Assembly (NCBI GenBank): GCA_041489155.1
Contig: JBGPQP010000002.1
Coordinates: forward strand, 32,001-96,000
Source: Candidatus Aenigmatarchaeota archaeon
GTDB taxonomy: Archaea; Aenigmatarchaeota; Aenigmatarchaeia; QMZP01; QMZT01
Length of the DNA: 64,000 bases
Direction of reading: 5' to 3'
Position numbers and translations under genes: made by a program. This document shows positions 18,378 through 27,785 of the stretch, piece by piece (positions within the stretch are counted from its first letter, which is position 1; the number at the start of each line of letters is the position of its first letter). The notes below the pieces were generated by a model. That model was given only the letters and a program-made list of their open reading frames with translations. It was not told the DNA's origin and ran no database searches.

Positions 18378-18467
18378 CTAGACCTTGAGCATGATTATGA
18401 GGACAATGGCCAAGGCTATGCCAGCCATGTACAGCCTTCTCTCAAGCCTTGCCATGTTTATGCTCAT
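18378..18467 (-). CDS. Putative 29-aa single-TM microprotein (not in the ORF track)
   Basis: MSINMARLERRLYMAGIALAIVLIIMLKV. GTGAT SD-like sequence upstream. Fills the gap between tRNA-Tyr and 5S. Confidence 0.45.
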   Translation of the reverse strand: MSINMARLERRLYMAGIALAIVLIIMLKV

Positions 18468-18560
18468 GAAATCACGAAGTTGAAGTATATTATGAAGGTT
18501 AACCTTTTTATACATGACCCCTTTGTCTCGTTCGCTTTTTAGGTTTTGTATTATGAGAGG

Positions 18561-18572
18561 AAGAAAAAGAAA
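18561..18572 (-). terminator. Oligo-T terminator after tRNA-Tyr
   Basis: TTTCTTTTTCTT immediately 3' of the discriminator base. Confidence 0.55.
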
Positions 18573-18776
18573 TCCCCCGGGTGAGATTTGTTCCGCAGCT
18601 TATCTTTTGCTCCACAGCTTTTGCGCAAGCGGGAGCTGCCGGAAAAGCTGAGCTTGAACTCACAGCCTATCGGTTTCTGAGCGACTGCGAACGACCAACG
18701 CACTCGTTAAACCGAGTTTTCAGTCACCGCGCGAAAGTCTACAGCCGATCGCTCTACCAGGTTGAGCTACCGAGGG
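18573..18776 (-). tRNA. tRNA-Tyr(GUA) with two introns: 37/38 (18675-18738, 64 nt) and 58/59 (18588-18653, 66 nt)
   Basis: Removing both introns gives a 74-nt tRNA with C1-G72 and A73 (archaeal Tyr identity), ATCGG-CTGTAGA-CCGAT and GTGAG-TTCAAAT-CTCAC. The T-loop intron has a GUUC/GAAC helix with AAG and AAA bulges. Confidence 0.88.
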
Positions 18777-18854
18777 ATTCGATAACTACGCGGATTGCGC
18801 GTAATACTATATAAACTGAAGCAGAATTTAAATTTAACAATTGCTCTTTTGCCG

Positions 18855-20198
18855 CTACTCAAGAACTACTTCCCTGGAGAAAACCCTGATTTTCGTTTCC
18901 TCGTCCGTCCTGTAGCTCAGGGTCGCCCTAGGCATTTTGAGCTGCGCCTCAATAAGGGGTTGTATCCTGTAGGAAAGGTATATCTCGCTCCTTGGCCTTA
19001 AATCGCCCAAGCTCCATATCAGTTCTGTCCCGGTCTCGCTCTCTCTCACGACAGGCTTCGGGCCGCCGAATTCAGGTATAACTCTGCCCAGCGGGGAAAC
19101 CCAGTCCTTGACTATGACGCCTTTTATGCCGCTTGCCACAGGGCCCTTTATCTGCAGGACGATGGTGTGCTCGTTCCTCTTCCTGACGTGCCTTTTCTTT
19201 ATGTTCGGCGTCCTGACCTTGACAACTCCCATGCCCAGCAGCGCGACCAGGCAGAAAACCATGATGAAAGCGCCTACAAGCATCGGAAGCCTGTTTATGT
19301 TGTATCTTACCGTTACGCTCTTGCCGACCGCGAGGCCTTCAAGCTTCCAGTTGTAATTAACGTTACTGCCCTCAACATACGCGTTGGTGGGGTTGTTGCC
19401 AAAATCGACATACTGATTCGTCTGCACGGTGTCCTTTACATTGTAGTCCTCGATTGTGTTGCCCTCATTCGTTACGGTTATGACGACCTCTTGGCCGAAG
19501 GGCGTTGAGACTGTCTCCCTCTTCGTCAAGACGTTGTGTACGGGTTGTATGTAAAAGCTCGTCTCGCTTTTGACATCGAACTGGGGTATGACCGTTCTGA
19601 CATAATAATTGCCGGCAAGCAGATCGCCGACTGGAACAGTTTTCTTTATTTCTTTTGTTCCCTCTATCACTTCCGTCATCTCCGAGTACTGTACCCTGTT
19701 TTCATTGCTGTCCAAGATCTCAAGCGGTATGGTTATTGTCCTTTTCTCCTTGGCCGTGATTTTCATGCTTATCTGGAGATCGCTGCCCACCTTCTGGCTG
19801 GTAAACTCGACAATTTTCAGCTCTTTCTCAGGAGCGACTTTAAGCGTTATGATTTTCGAAGCCCTTTCATTTTCGTTGTTTCTCGAATAAACGAGGACCT
19901 CGAAGTCGTAGGAGTTTTCAAGGCTGGGGTAAAAGTAAACCTTGACGTTGCGTGTTTCGGAGGGCTGTACCGTCACGTAATAACTCTCGAGATTCAGCCA
20001 CTCCAGATGCGGACCCAGAACGGTGATGACATATCCGTCAGTGTAGTAATTGTCGTTGCTTACATGTATCGTGTACCAAGCCTGCTCGTTGACCGAAGTT
20101 TCGCCAACGGAAGGCGATACGTCAAGCGTCACTGCTTGGGCGGAATTCAAGAAAAACAAGAGTGATATAAAGGAGGCTAAAAATAATATTTTCTTCAT
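18855..20198 (-). CDS. Secreted/membrane-anchored beta-rich (Ig-like, S-layer-associated) protein
   Basis: N-terminal signal peptide (AQA), beta-rich repeats (VTNEGN), TM near residue 310, cytoplasmic C-terminal domain. Confidence 0.6.
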   Translation of the reverse strand: MKKILFLASFISLLFFLNSAQAVTLDVSPSVGETSVNEQAWYTIHVSNDNYYTDGYVITVLGPHLEWLNLESYYVTVQPSETRNVKVYFYPSLENSYDFEVLVYSRNNENERASKIITLKVAPEKELKIVEFTSQKVGSDLQISMKITAKEKRTITIPLEILDSNENRVQYSEMTEVIEGTKEIKKTVPVGDLLAGNYYVRTVIPQFDVKSETSFYIQPVHNVLTKRETVSTPFGQEVVITVTNEGNTIEDYNVKDTVQTNQYVDFGNNPTNAYVEGSNVNYNWKLEGLAVGKSVTVRYNINRLPMLVGAFIMVFCLVALLGMGVVKVRTPNIKKRHVRKRNEHTIVLQIKGPVASGIKGVIVKDWVSPLGRVIPEFGGPKPVVRESETGTELIWSLGDLRPRSEIYLSYRIQPLIEAQLKMPRATLSYRTDEETKIRVFSREVVLE

Positions 20199-20346
20199 GT
20201 GTATTTTATCGCGCGCAGCTTTAAATTATTTTACTGTATACTGTTTTACCTATAACTATCTATAATTTTGCACCAGCCGCAAAAAAGCTCACCCGGGAAG
20301 ACAAAATACAGGGAAAATTTTTAAAAGCAGGCTTACAATTAAGATT

Positions 20347-21030
20347 ATGAAACCTGCGAAACCCGTATTGCTGATTAACCTTAAGACCTACGAAGAAGGT
20401 ACAGGCAAGAACGCGCTGTCACTCGCGCGAACAGCCGCCTCGCTGGCCAACGAAGATGTGGAAATAATACTGGCAGCGCAGCCGATGGACATACGCGCTG
20501 TCACGGAAAGCGTGAGCATCCCCGTCTTCGCGCAGCACATCGACCCCGTGACCTACGGCTCGCGCACGGGCTGGATATTGCCCGAAGCGGTCAAGGCGGC
20601 AGGGGCGAAGGGCACGCTGCTCAACCATTCTGAAAGGCGCATCGACATTGAGACTATAAAAAAATCCCTCGCGCGTTGCAGGGAGGCCGGGCTAACGACG
20701 GTGGTGTGCGCCGAAACGCCGGAGAAGGCAAAGGAAATCGCTGCACTGCATCCTGATTATATTGCGATAGAGCCTCCGGAACTCATCGGAGGCGACATCT
20801 CGGTCTCAAAGGCGAGGCCGGAAGTAATAACAGAATCCGTCGAGAAAGTCAATTCCGTCGCCCGCATTCCCGTGCTGTGCGGAGCCGGCGTAAAAGACGC
20901 GGAAGACGTGAGGAAAGCGATCGAGCTTGGCGCAAAAGGCATACTGGTCGCTTCCGGTGTGATAAAAACGAAAAACCAGAAGGAAGCGATAATCGATCTT
21001 CTGAAGGGCTTCGGAAGGAGCAGGGAGTGA
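20347..21030 (+). CDS. tpiA: Triosephosphate isomerase (archaeal type)
   Basis: INLKTY, LLNHSERR, AIEPPELIG, LCGAGV, LVASG. Confidence 0.96.
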   Translation: MKPAKPVLLINLKTYEEGTGKNALSLARTAASLANEDVEIILAAQPMDIRAVTESVSIPVFAQHIDPVTYGSRTGWILPEAVKAAGAKGTLLNHSERRIDIETIKKSLARCREAGLTTVVCAETPEKAKEIAALHPDYIAIEPPELIGGDISVSKARPEVITESVEKVNSVARIPVLCGAGVKDAEDVRKAIELGAKGILVASGVIKTKNQKEAIIDLLKGFGRSRE

Positions 21031-21034
21031 AAAA

Positions 21035-21538
21035 ATGTACGAGCACTACATCTTCTCTCCGTGCAGGATGAACTGGATAAAAGGCAGCAAGAAAAAAAAC
21101 AAAAACGCTGGCTGCGTCTTCTGCAAAATCGCGAAAGGCAACAAACAAATACCGCAGAAGGTCCTGTACAAATCGCGGACTTTGATGGTACTCATGAACG
21201 TCTTTCCTTACAACACCGGCCACCTGCAGGTGATGCCTGCAAGGCACGCAGAGAAGCTTGAAGACCTGAGCGACGATGAAATCTCTTCGCTTTTTATAAT
21301 GGTCAAGAAATGTGTCAGGCTCCTGAAAAAGATCGTCAAGCCCGACGGCTTCAACATCGGCATCAACTTGGGAGGCGATGCCGGCGGCGCGAGCGTACAT
21401 CATCTGCACATTCACATTGTCCCGCGCTTCCGCAGGGATCTGGGCTTCATGGAATCAATTGCCGACACGAAGGTTCTCCCATCTACGCTTGACCAGACCT
21501 ACAAAGAACTGAAAAAAGCAGTAAAGATGCTGGAATGA
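21035..21538 (+). CDS. HIT-family nucleotide hydrolase (Ap4A phosphorylase-like)
   Basis: CVFC, PYNTGHL, GFNIGIN, HLHIHIVPR. Confidence 0.9.
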   Translation: MYEHYIFSPCRMNWIKGSKKKNKNAGCVFCKIAKGNKQIPQKVLYKSRTLMVLMNVFPYNTGHLQVMPARHAEKLEDLSDDEISSLFIMVKKCVRLLKKIVKPDGFNIGINLGGDAGGASVHHLHIHIVPRFRRDLGFMESIADTKVLPSTLDQTYKELKKAVKMLE

Positions 21539-21560
21539 GCAGGCTATTTCTTTTTGCTTC

Positions 21561-22670
21561 TTACTTGTTTTCCCCGCGGACTATGAATTTATTGTCAAGT
21601 TCCTTCATGATCTCGACTATGCCGCCGTATTCCAGCTCGCTGTAGGGCAGCATCGCCGGGCCGGAGAAGCCCTGGCGCCTAATCTCGTGCGCCTTCCTGG
21701 CGACTCTTCTCCTGACATAGTCCCAGTATGGGTGGTCAAAAGCGTCAGCCGCTTCCGTCAGCTTGCCGTCGTGTATGCAGAAGGCAGCGCAGCTCACGAT
21801 AGGCGGGCCGTCGAAGAAGGATATCGACGAGTTGAGCTTCACGGGCATCAGAGGTCCGATATGCGAGCCTCGCATGAAGCCAGCTACATAATGGCCTATA
21901 GTGAATGGCGAAAGCACCTCGCCTGTCGCCGGGAAATCTTTCTGCACGCGCACCAGCATTATCGGATCGTCCTTGCCTGTGTATTTGCCCGCGATGTTGT
22001 GCAGCCTCGTTGTGCTGACTGATACTGCAATGTCTTTGGTGTTTCTGGATTGTATCGATTCGACCACGAACCTGTTGTTGTCGCGCAAAAGCGCGGCGAT
22101 CTTGTACGCGTCTTCCGGCGTGTTGAGCTCTATTACCCTGTCGCCTTTCGTGTGCTCGACGTCCATGATGGTGAAGCGGAAGCCTTTTCCCATGCCGCTG
22201 CTGAGCAGCAGGCCCGCGCAGTGCATAGGGTCGGAGAAGGCGAGATACAACGGAAGATTGTACGCGCCGGGCTCGGTCTTGTCGGCAGCGAAGAAAAGGA
22301 ACGGTTCGTTGGGGCGCTCCTCAAACTCCATTTCAGCGACGGCCGGACCCATGCCCTTCACGTTGCCTGAAAACGAGTCCTTCAGCAGGTCCTGACCGGC
22401 GCCGTAAAGACCCTGGTTCTTCGCAACCAGCGTGCCTGCCTTGAACGCTTCCCACGCCAGCTTGTGTATCTTCTCGTTGCCCTTCCCGAGCGTGTGCGTC
22501 ATCAGAATCGCGATGTCGTCGCCCGTGTAGCTGATGTAATAATCCTTGAGCAGGCCCTTGCCGTATTCCCTTATATAATCGAGAACCGTCTCCATGAGCA
22601 GCCTGCTCGGCTTTATGTGGCCGCCTATGCTGCCCACATCGGCTTTTATGGCAGAAACAGTGATCTTCAT
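21561..22670 (-). CDS. fbp: Bifunctional fructose-1,6-bisphosphate aldolase/phosphatase
   Basis: IKADVG, LYGAGQDLL, FSGNVKGMGP, DKTEPGAYN, GKYTGKDDP, GFMRGSH. Confidence 0.95.
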   Translation of the reverse strand: MKITVSAIKADVGSIGGHIKPSRLLMETVLDYIREYGKGLLKDYYISYTGDDIAILMTHTLGKGNEKIHKLAWEAFKAGTLVAKNQGLYGAGQDLLKDSFSGNVKGMGPAVAEMEFEERPNEPFLFFAADKTEPGAYNLPLYLAFSDPMHCAGLLLSSGMGKGFRFTIMDVEHTKGDRVIELNTPEDAYKIAALLRDNNRFVVESIQSRNTKDIAVSVSTTRLHNIAGKYTGKDDPIMLVRVQKDFPATGEVLSPFTIGHYVAGFMRGSHIGPLMPVKLNSSISFFDGPPIVSCAAFCIHDGKLTEAADAFDHPYWDYVRRRVARKAHEIRRQGFSGPAMLPYSELEYGGIVEIMKELDNKFIVRGENK

Positions 22671-22791
22671 AACCAACACCTCCGCTCGCTTCTGAACGCA
22701 TGCGTCAGAGCCTGTTAGTTAAATCTGCGCAGTACGCAATAAAAAGTTTTCGGGAAGCTGGAAAACAGTCTTCCGCTGCTTTTAGAAGCCG

Positions 22792-23028
22792 CTAGTCCTC
22801 TGTGTCGGTTTTCGAGGCAGTGAAGCTGGCGTAGCCGCATTTGCCGCAATACAAGCGATTTTTCTGCTTGGAAAGCCATACGCCACCTCCGCATCTGGGG
22901 CAGAAGTTGTTCTTTCTCGCGACGGTTTCGCCCTTGATTTCGTATTTCTTCCATATCTTCACTGATTCGTGCTTTCTTCCCTTTCTTACGCGCTTGCCTT
23001 TTTTCCTTGTTTTCTTTTCCTTCGCCAT
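22792..23028 (-). CDS. rps27ae: 30S ribosomal protein S27ae
   Basis: CPRCGGGVWL...RLYCGKCGY. Confidence 0.92.
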   Translation of the reverse strand: MAKEKKTRKKGKRVRKGRKHESVKIWKKYEIKGETVARKNNFCPRCGGGVWLSKQKNRLYCGKCGYASFTASKTDTED

Positions 23029-23067
23029 TTGTTCACCTTATAATCATCTTAATTAATTGAGCCGGCT

Positions 23068-23352
23068 TCATGTGAGCTCGAATTTCTTGACCCTGAAGCC
23101 TTTCTTCGTATGCATCTTGCCGCACTGTTTGCATATCAGGCGCAGGTCAACCTTCTTGGTCGGCTTGCCCTCGCCGCTCGGCTTTGGCCTGGGGAAAGAT
23201 CCGTAGCCCTCCATCTTCCGCTTGAACCTTCTCTGCGACTGGGACAAGGGATGAGCTGACGAACGGCCTTTTCTCTTCGCCACCTTCACCGTATGCTCCG
23301 TGTGCTTCCTGCACGTCGGGCAGTAGGTGTTGATCATCTTCGGGAATTTCAT
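23068..23352 (-). CDS. rpl44e: 50S ribosomal protein L44e
   Basis: [29 protein letters not shown]. Confidence 0.95.
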   Translation of the reverse strand: MKFPKMINTYCPTCRKHTEHTVKVAKRKGRSSAHPLSQSQRRFKRKMEGYGSFPRPKPSGEGKPTKKVDLRLICKQCGKMHTKKGFRVKKFELT

Positions 23353-23492
23353 GTCCGCACCTGTTTCGTTTTTCGCTTAAGCCTTTTCCTAAAGGCTTAT
23401 AACAAGTTTATTACGTCAAACAATTTATAAGCTTTTTAAGCAAACGCAACAGCACAATATGGGTTTAAATTTTTTATAATTAACTACTAACT

Positions 23493-23921
23493 ATGCTTTC
23501 ATTGCACTGGTTCAGGCACTGGGACAAGATATTCTGGACATTTTTCGCACTCATTGGTTTGACTGTTGCGATAGGCGGTTTCGCAGGCCTGATGCCGGCC
23601 GAGTTCCTGATGCTTCTAGGGGCTTTCATAATCATAATAGGCGCCGGCAAGCTCGCCGAAGAGATAACGAAGCGCAAGCTCATGGGCTACCAGGACGACA
23701 TCTACAGGAAGATGCACCAGATCTCACAGCATCTCGAAAAAACGTTCGACATCGCCAGCATGAACAAGGACAAGACAGAGTTCCGAATTCAAAAGCTCGA
23801 CCAGAAAAGGGGCGAGATGGAGAAGCAGATGAACAAGAACTACCGCGAGCTTGCCAGGAAGATAATAGAGCTTGAGAACAGGATGAACAAGCTGACCAAA
23901 GCGATGGAGAAGAGAAAATAA
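23493..23921 (+). CDS. Hypothetical 2-TM protein with C-terminal coiled coil
   Basis: Two hydrophobic helices followed by a heptad-rich tail. Confidence 0.7.
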   Translation: MLSLHWFRHWDKIFWTFFALIGLTVAIGGFAGLMPAEFLMLLGAFIIIIGAGKLAEEITKRKLMGYQDDIYRKMHQISQHLEKTFDIASMNKDKTEFRIQKLDQKRGEMEKQMNKNYRELARKIIELENRMNKLTKAMEKRK

Positions 23922-23941
23922 TCTTATTATTCAATTTTAAT

Positions 23942-25243
23942 TCATTTCTCCCCGCCGATGAGCGATTTTTCCTTTATTATTATCGGCGAGCCGCCTGCGT
24001 GCCACGAGAAGCGCGGCCTGACCTGGATCTGGTAGATGCGCTCGGAGTTGTCGTCCAGCAGGATGGCAGAGCCTTTTGTTTTGGGAAGGTCGTTGAGGTA
24101 GTCTTGTATATCCTCAAGCATGTAGGTCTGCATTATCGAGCGCAGCGCCTCGATGTCCGCTTTCGAGGTCAGGCGGTGGGAGATTATGATGTCAGCCTGG
24201 GACAGCGCGTCTTCGTGGAGCTTGTTGGGCCGCTGCGTTATCAGCAGGACCGAGATGCCCGGCTCCCTGCCCTCCTTGATGAGCGTGAGCAGCGGGCCTG
24301 TCGCCGCTGTCGTCTCGCCGTTGGGGACGAACTGGTGCGCCTCGTCCATCATCACCCAGACCATGGGCAGCGTCTTTTTGATCTGCCCCGTTATCTGGCC
24401 GTACTCTTCGGCCTTTCTGGACATCAGGCGCTGTTCGAAAATTTTCCTGGAGATAAGGCCGACTACCATGGATCTTATCGACCACGACTCGGAAACGCGC
24501 ATGTAATGGGAGACGTCGAGGATCGATATGACTCCGGGCTTCAGGAAGTCGTCTATCCTCGTGCCCTGCTCCTCGAAAAGGCCCCAGCTCTCGGCTGCGA
24601 TGAACCTGTTCGCCAGGGCGTCTTTCACCTTCTTCTCAGTCGTCTTGTCCTTGTCTATCGCATCGATGATGTCCTGCAGCGAGAATTTGTCTCCAAACTT
24701 TTCGACGAGGTCCTCCATGATCTTTTCCAGCAGTATGCCGTGCTCGTCTATCATCGAGAAGCCGAACGTGACGGCCCAGTCCTCCGCTGTCAGCTCGCTG
24801 ACCGAGATGGTGAAAGGCGCGTCCACCGCTATGCCTGTCTCCTTGTACTCGGCCATGTAGCCCTTCGGCACGAAGAGCTTCACATTCATGCCTTCAGGCT
24901 TTATGTTCCATTCCTTCAGCATATCAATTTCCTTCTCGTTGGGCAGCTTCATGGACCAGTAGATGCCCATCGTGTCTATGAGGATGACAGCGAGATTCCT
25001 GCGCAGCTCGTCGGGCAGCTTGTATATCTCCTCGGCGATGACGCCTGCGGAATAGCTCTTACCCGTGCCGCGCTTGCCGCAGATCAGCACGATGTGCGGC
25101 CTTGTGATGTCCATGAGAATGGGATTCGTGAGATGAGACTCATCGCCCTTGCCGACTATGTGCCTGCCGATAAACGCCGTCCCCTTCTCGCCGAACTTTT
25201 TCAGGTCCTTCCAGTCCTTCCCTATGATTATCTTTTCGACCAT
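23942..25243 (-). CDS. HerA/VirB4-like (DUF87) P-loop ATPase
   Basis: Walker A GKRGTGKS, Walker B VMMDEAHQF, KEGREPG, ITQRP. Confidence 0.88.
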   Translation of the reverse strand: MVEKIIIGKDWKDLKKFGEKGTAFIGRHIVGKGDESHLTNPILMDITRPHIVLICGKRGTGKSYSAGVIAEEIYKLPDELRRNLAVILIDTMGIYWSMKLPNEKEIDMLKEWNIKPEGMNVKLFVPKGYMAEYKETGIAVDAPFTISVSELTAEDWAVTFGFSMIDEHGILLEKIMEDLVEKFGDKFSLQDIIDAIDKDKTTEKKVKDALANRFIAAESWGLFEEQGTRIDDFLKPGVISILDVSHYMRVSESWSIRSMVVGLISRKIFEQRLMSRKAEEYGQITGQIKKTLPMVWVMMDEAHQFVPNGETTAATGPLLTLIKEGREPGISVLLITQRPNKLHEDALSQADIIISHRLTSKADIEALRSIMQTYMLEDIQDYLNDLPKTKGSAILLDDNSERIYQIQVRPRFSWHAGGSPIIIKEKSLIGGEK

Positions 25244-25317
25244 ATTATAGATTTGGCCAGCCTGTATAAAAAAGATGAAACAAAAAACAGAAAAACATAT
25301 TGATGCGAAGCAGAGCT

Positions 25318-25354
25318 AAAAATAAAAAAAGCAAAAAAGAGATGAAAAAAGAAA
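25318..25354 (-). terminator. Oligo-T terminator downstream of the pilin gene
   Basis: Several T5-T7 runs on the minus strand right after the stop codon. Confidence 0.5.
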
Positions 25355-25360
25355 GTCTCT

Positions 25361-25819
25361 TTAGCTAACAACGCCAGTCACAGTCCCCGTGTCCGTGTGG
25401 TTGAGTCCGCCCGCGTTGTAAACTATTGCCAATTTGACAGAATAGCTCGAGCCTGTTGTTAGTAGTGGAAGTGTTGGGAATGTTATGCTTCCGGATGCTC
25501 CCGGGCCAAGTACCAAACTAGTCGGGTTGTAAGTACTAGCCGTTCCACTTATCGTAGCGGTTATATTGAGTATAGTCACTGCTGTTGCCATTTTGTTGTT
25601 GGCAAGGTTCAGTGTAAGGTTACCTGCGGTCGTTAAATCCCAGTCTGTCGGCGCTCCCAACACCTGGAATCCCGTCGCTGTCCTTCCTGTAAATGTCGCT
25701 GGGTTGAATACGCCTAACGCGTATAACGCCGCTGCCACTATTATGACGATCAGTATAGCCCAACCGTACGTCATCAGGTACTCCATCGCGGACTGTCCCT
25801 TTTTATTCGCAAATTTCAT
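25361..25819 (-). CDS. Type IV pilin-like protein (class III signal peptide), probable major pilin
   Basis: KKG|QSAMEYLMTYGWAILIVII. Thr/Ser-rich beta domain with NLT, NIT and NHT sequons. Confidence 0.88.
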   Translation of the reverse strand: MKFANKKGQSAMEYLMTYGWAILIVIIVAAALYALGVFNPATFTGRTATGFQVLGAPTDWDLTTAGNLTLNLANNKMATAVTILNITATISGTASTYNPTSLVLGPGASGSITFPTLPLLTTGSSYSVKLAIVYNAGGLNHTDTGTVTGVVS

Positions 25820-25897
25820 AAATGATCAATTTATAATTGGTTTAAACTGGTATATATAAGTTCTTCCATGCTTCGTTTTGTTTCCCGTCTGTTTGTT

Positions 25898-26851
25898 CTA
25901 ATGCGGCATGAAACTGGAGAACATGCTGTTTATGACGAAATTCGCCCCGAAGAACACAATAAGGGCGATTATCATGAAGATGGGCACGTATTTTATCCCG
26001 CCCTTCTCCTTGCCCGTTTCTATCAGGCCGATTATCAGGCCGGAGAAGAAAGTGGTTATGATGATCGAGACGACCGAGAAGGCCATCAGGAAATCGGGCG
26101 AAATTGATATGCCGCCCTTGAACATCGGGACGCCCTTCGACATGACCTCGCTGCTCACCACGCTGGAGCCGGTGAGGGAGGTAAGCGTGGTTATGAGATA
26201 AAGCGACAGCGCATAGAGGACGGGCGCGCCCATCACGCCGGAGAAGACAATGAATATCCCGTACATTATGATGTTGGCCTTTATCTCCTTCTTTATCGCC
26301 TGCTTCCTGCGGATGTCGACTGCGTTCTCATCCAGCAGAGAAACGAGCTGGCCGCCGAACTTCGAGCCCTCGTTTATCAGGTTTATCGCGCGCTGGAGGA
26401 TGTCCGATTTTATGTAGCGCGGGATTTCGTTCAGGCCCTCGGCAAGCGATTTGCCTGTCAGGATTTCCTTGCCCGACTTCTTTATCGCCTCCGCGAGCGG
26501 GCCGAACTCGCTGCGTGCGCTCAGTAACAAAGCCTTGCTGGGTATGTAGCCTGCGCGCATGTTGGCTGCCATAAGCTCTAGCGCATCCGGCAGGACATTC
26601 TCGACGAAAGTCTTTCTCTTCTCGACGGCAAGCGTGAGGTAGGCGTTGAACATCAGGAAAGCGCCCATGAAAACGCCTATGAAGATGTAAATGGCGTATG
26701 TTCTTACAACCACCGCCAGAACCGCTGCGAGTATGAGGCTTATAATGAACGATTTGTTTATGTAGGACTCGCTGGTGGTGGTCATGCCGGCGAGCAGCAA
26801 TTTCTCTCTTATGTGCTCCCGGTAATTCTGGGGGAAAAACCTGTATATCAT
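25898..26851 (-). CDS. Type IV pilus platform membrane protein (TadC/T2SSF-like)
   Basis: LPDALELMAANMRAG, EFGPLA, multiple TMs. Confidence 0.88.
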   Translation of the reverse strand: MIYRFFPQNYREHIREKLLLAGMTTTSESYINKSFIISLILAAVLAVVVRTYAIYIFIGVFMGAFLMFNAYLTLAVEKRKTFVENVLPDALELMAANMRAGYIPSKALLLSARSEFGPLAEAIKKSGKEILTGKSLAEGLNEIPRYIKSDILQRAINLINEGSKFGGQLVSLLDENAVDIRRKQAIKKEIKANIIMYGIFIVFSGVMGAPVLYALSLYLITTLTSLTGSSVVSSEVMSKGVPMFKGGISISPDFLMAFSVVSIIITTFFSGLIIGLIETGKEKGGIKYVPIFMIIALIVFFGANFVINSMFSSFMPH

Positions 26852-26861
26852 ATCAATCCCT

Positions 26862-27755
26862 TTAATCGATGCCTACCGGCCTCCTTGATTTTATAAGGCC
26901 TATGAACATGAACTGGAAAAGGACGAGGACGCCTAGTAGCCCGGCCAGCACGATTTGAAGGTTGAACTTCAGGCCGGTGAAGGATGCGAGGACGAGGAGG
27001 AAGGTGATGCCCAGCGTCGGGAATATCACGGCGAAAAGCATGTACATGAGGGCGAGAGGGTTCAGCTGCGCGCCGTATTTTTTGATAGCGACTCTCTGCT
27101 CGACCGCCAGGTTTTCTACTATCTCTTTCATCGTGTGTCCGATGTCGGCGCCGGATTTGAGCGCGTTTATGATCTGCCACATGACGCGGCGGAAGAAGAA
27201 CGAAGGCGTCTCTCTCGTTATTTTTTCCAGCGCTTCCGCCTCGGACTTGCCCGTGTTTATCTCGTTTACCACGCGCCTCATCTCCTTTGAAAGCGTCCCG
27301 TAGTCGCCCCTCGCTATCGAGACGAGCGTGTCGTAAAGCGGCACGCCTGACCTTACCTGGACGAGGATGTGATGCAGAACGTACGGGAGATTCTTCTCTA
27401 TGTCGCCTACCTTCTTCTGCGCGGAAAGCTTCGGGTAGAAGGAAAGGAACATGAACGTCCCCGTCCCTATCGCCAGGCCGGCGAACGTCGCCACCGTCAG
27501 CGCCCTCTGCATCTCTATCCTGGCAACGAGCGTTATCAGGAACACGAGGCCGAACAGCAGCAGGAAGTAGAACATGAACGCGAACAGGGCGATGGACATC
27601 CAGCGGCGCGGCGAGATTTCGAAGCCTGACTGCTCGAGGTCAAATTCAAGGGAAGGGAACATTTTTGACAGGTTCTCCCCCAAGCCCAGAAAGTGCTCTG
27701 TTATCCCCCTTACTTTTTCATATGGCAGGGGCAAGAATGGAATTTTGTTTTTCAC
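26862..27755 (-). CDS. Type IV pilus platform membrane protein (TadB/T2SSF-like)
   Basis: IEKNLPYVL...RSGVPL, YGTLSKE, ALKSGAD. Confidence 0.88.
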   Translation of the reverse strand: MKNKIPFLPLPYEKVRGITEHFLGLGENLSKMFPSLEFDLEQSGFEISPRRWMSIALFAFMFYFLLLFGLVFLITLVARIEMQRALTVATFAGLAIGTGTFMFLSFYPKLSAQKKVGDIEKNLPYVLHHILVQVRSGVPLYDTLVSIARGDYGTLSKEMRRVVNEINTGKSEAEALEKITRETPSFFFRRVMWQIINALKSGADIGHTMKEIVENLAVEQRVAIKKYGAQLNPLALMYMLFAVIFPTLGITFLLVLASFTGLKFNLQIVLAGLLGVLVLFQFMFIGLIKSRRPVGID

Positions 27756-27785
27756 ATAAAATTATTGGAGAACTGAGTATATATT

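Noticed and set aside
18581..18814. 77-aa ORF, and similar ORFs at 17566-17910 and 18010-18216
   Set aside because: They overlap tRNA/5S genes on the opposite strand, which explain the sequence.
23999..25303. 434-aa plus-strand ORF antisense to the HerA-like ATPase
   Set aside because: Shadow frame produced by the codon bias of the real gene. No motifs and implausible composition.
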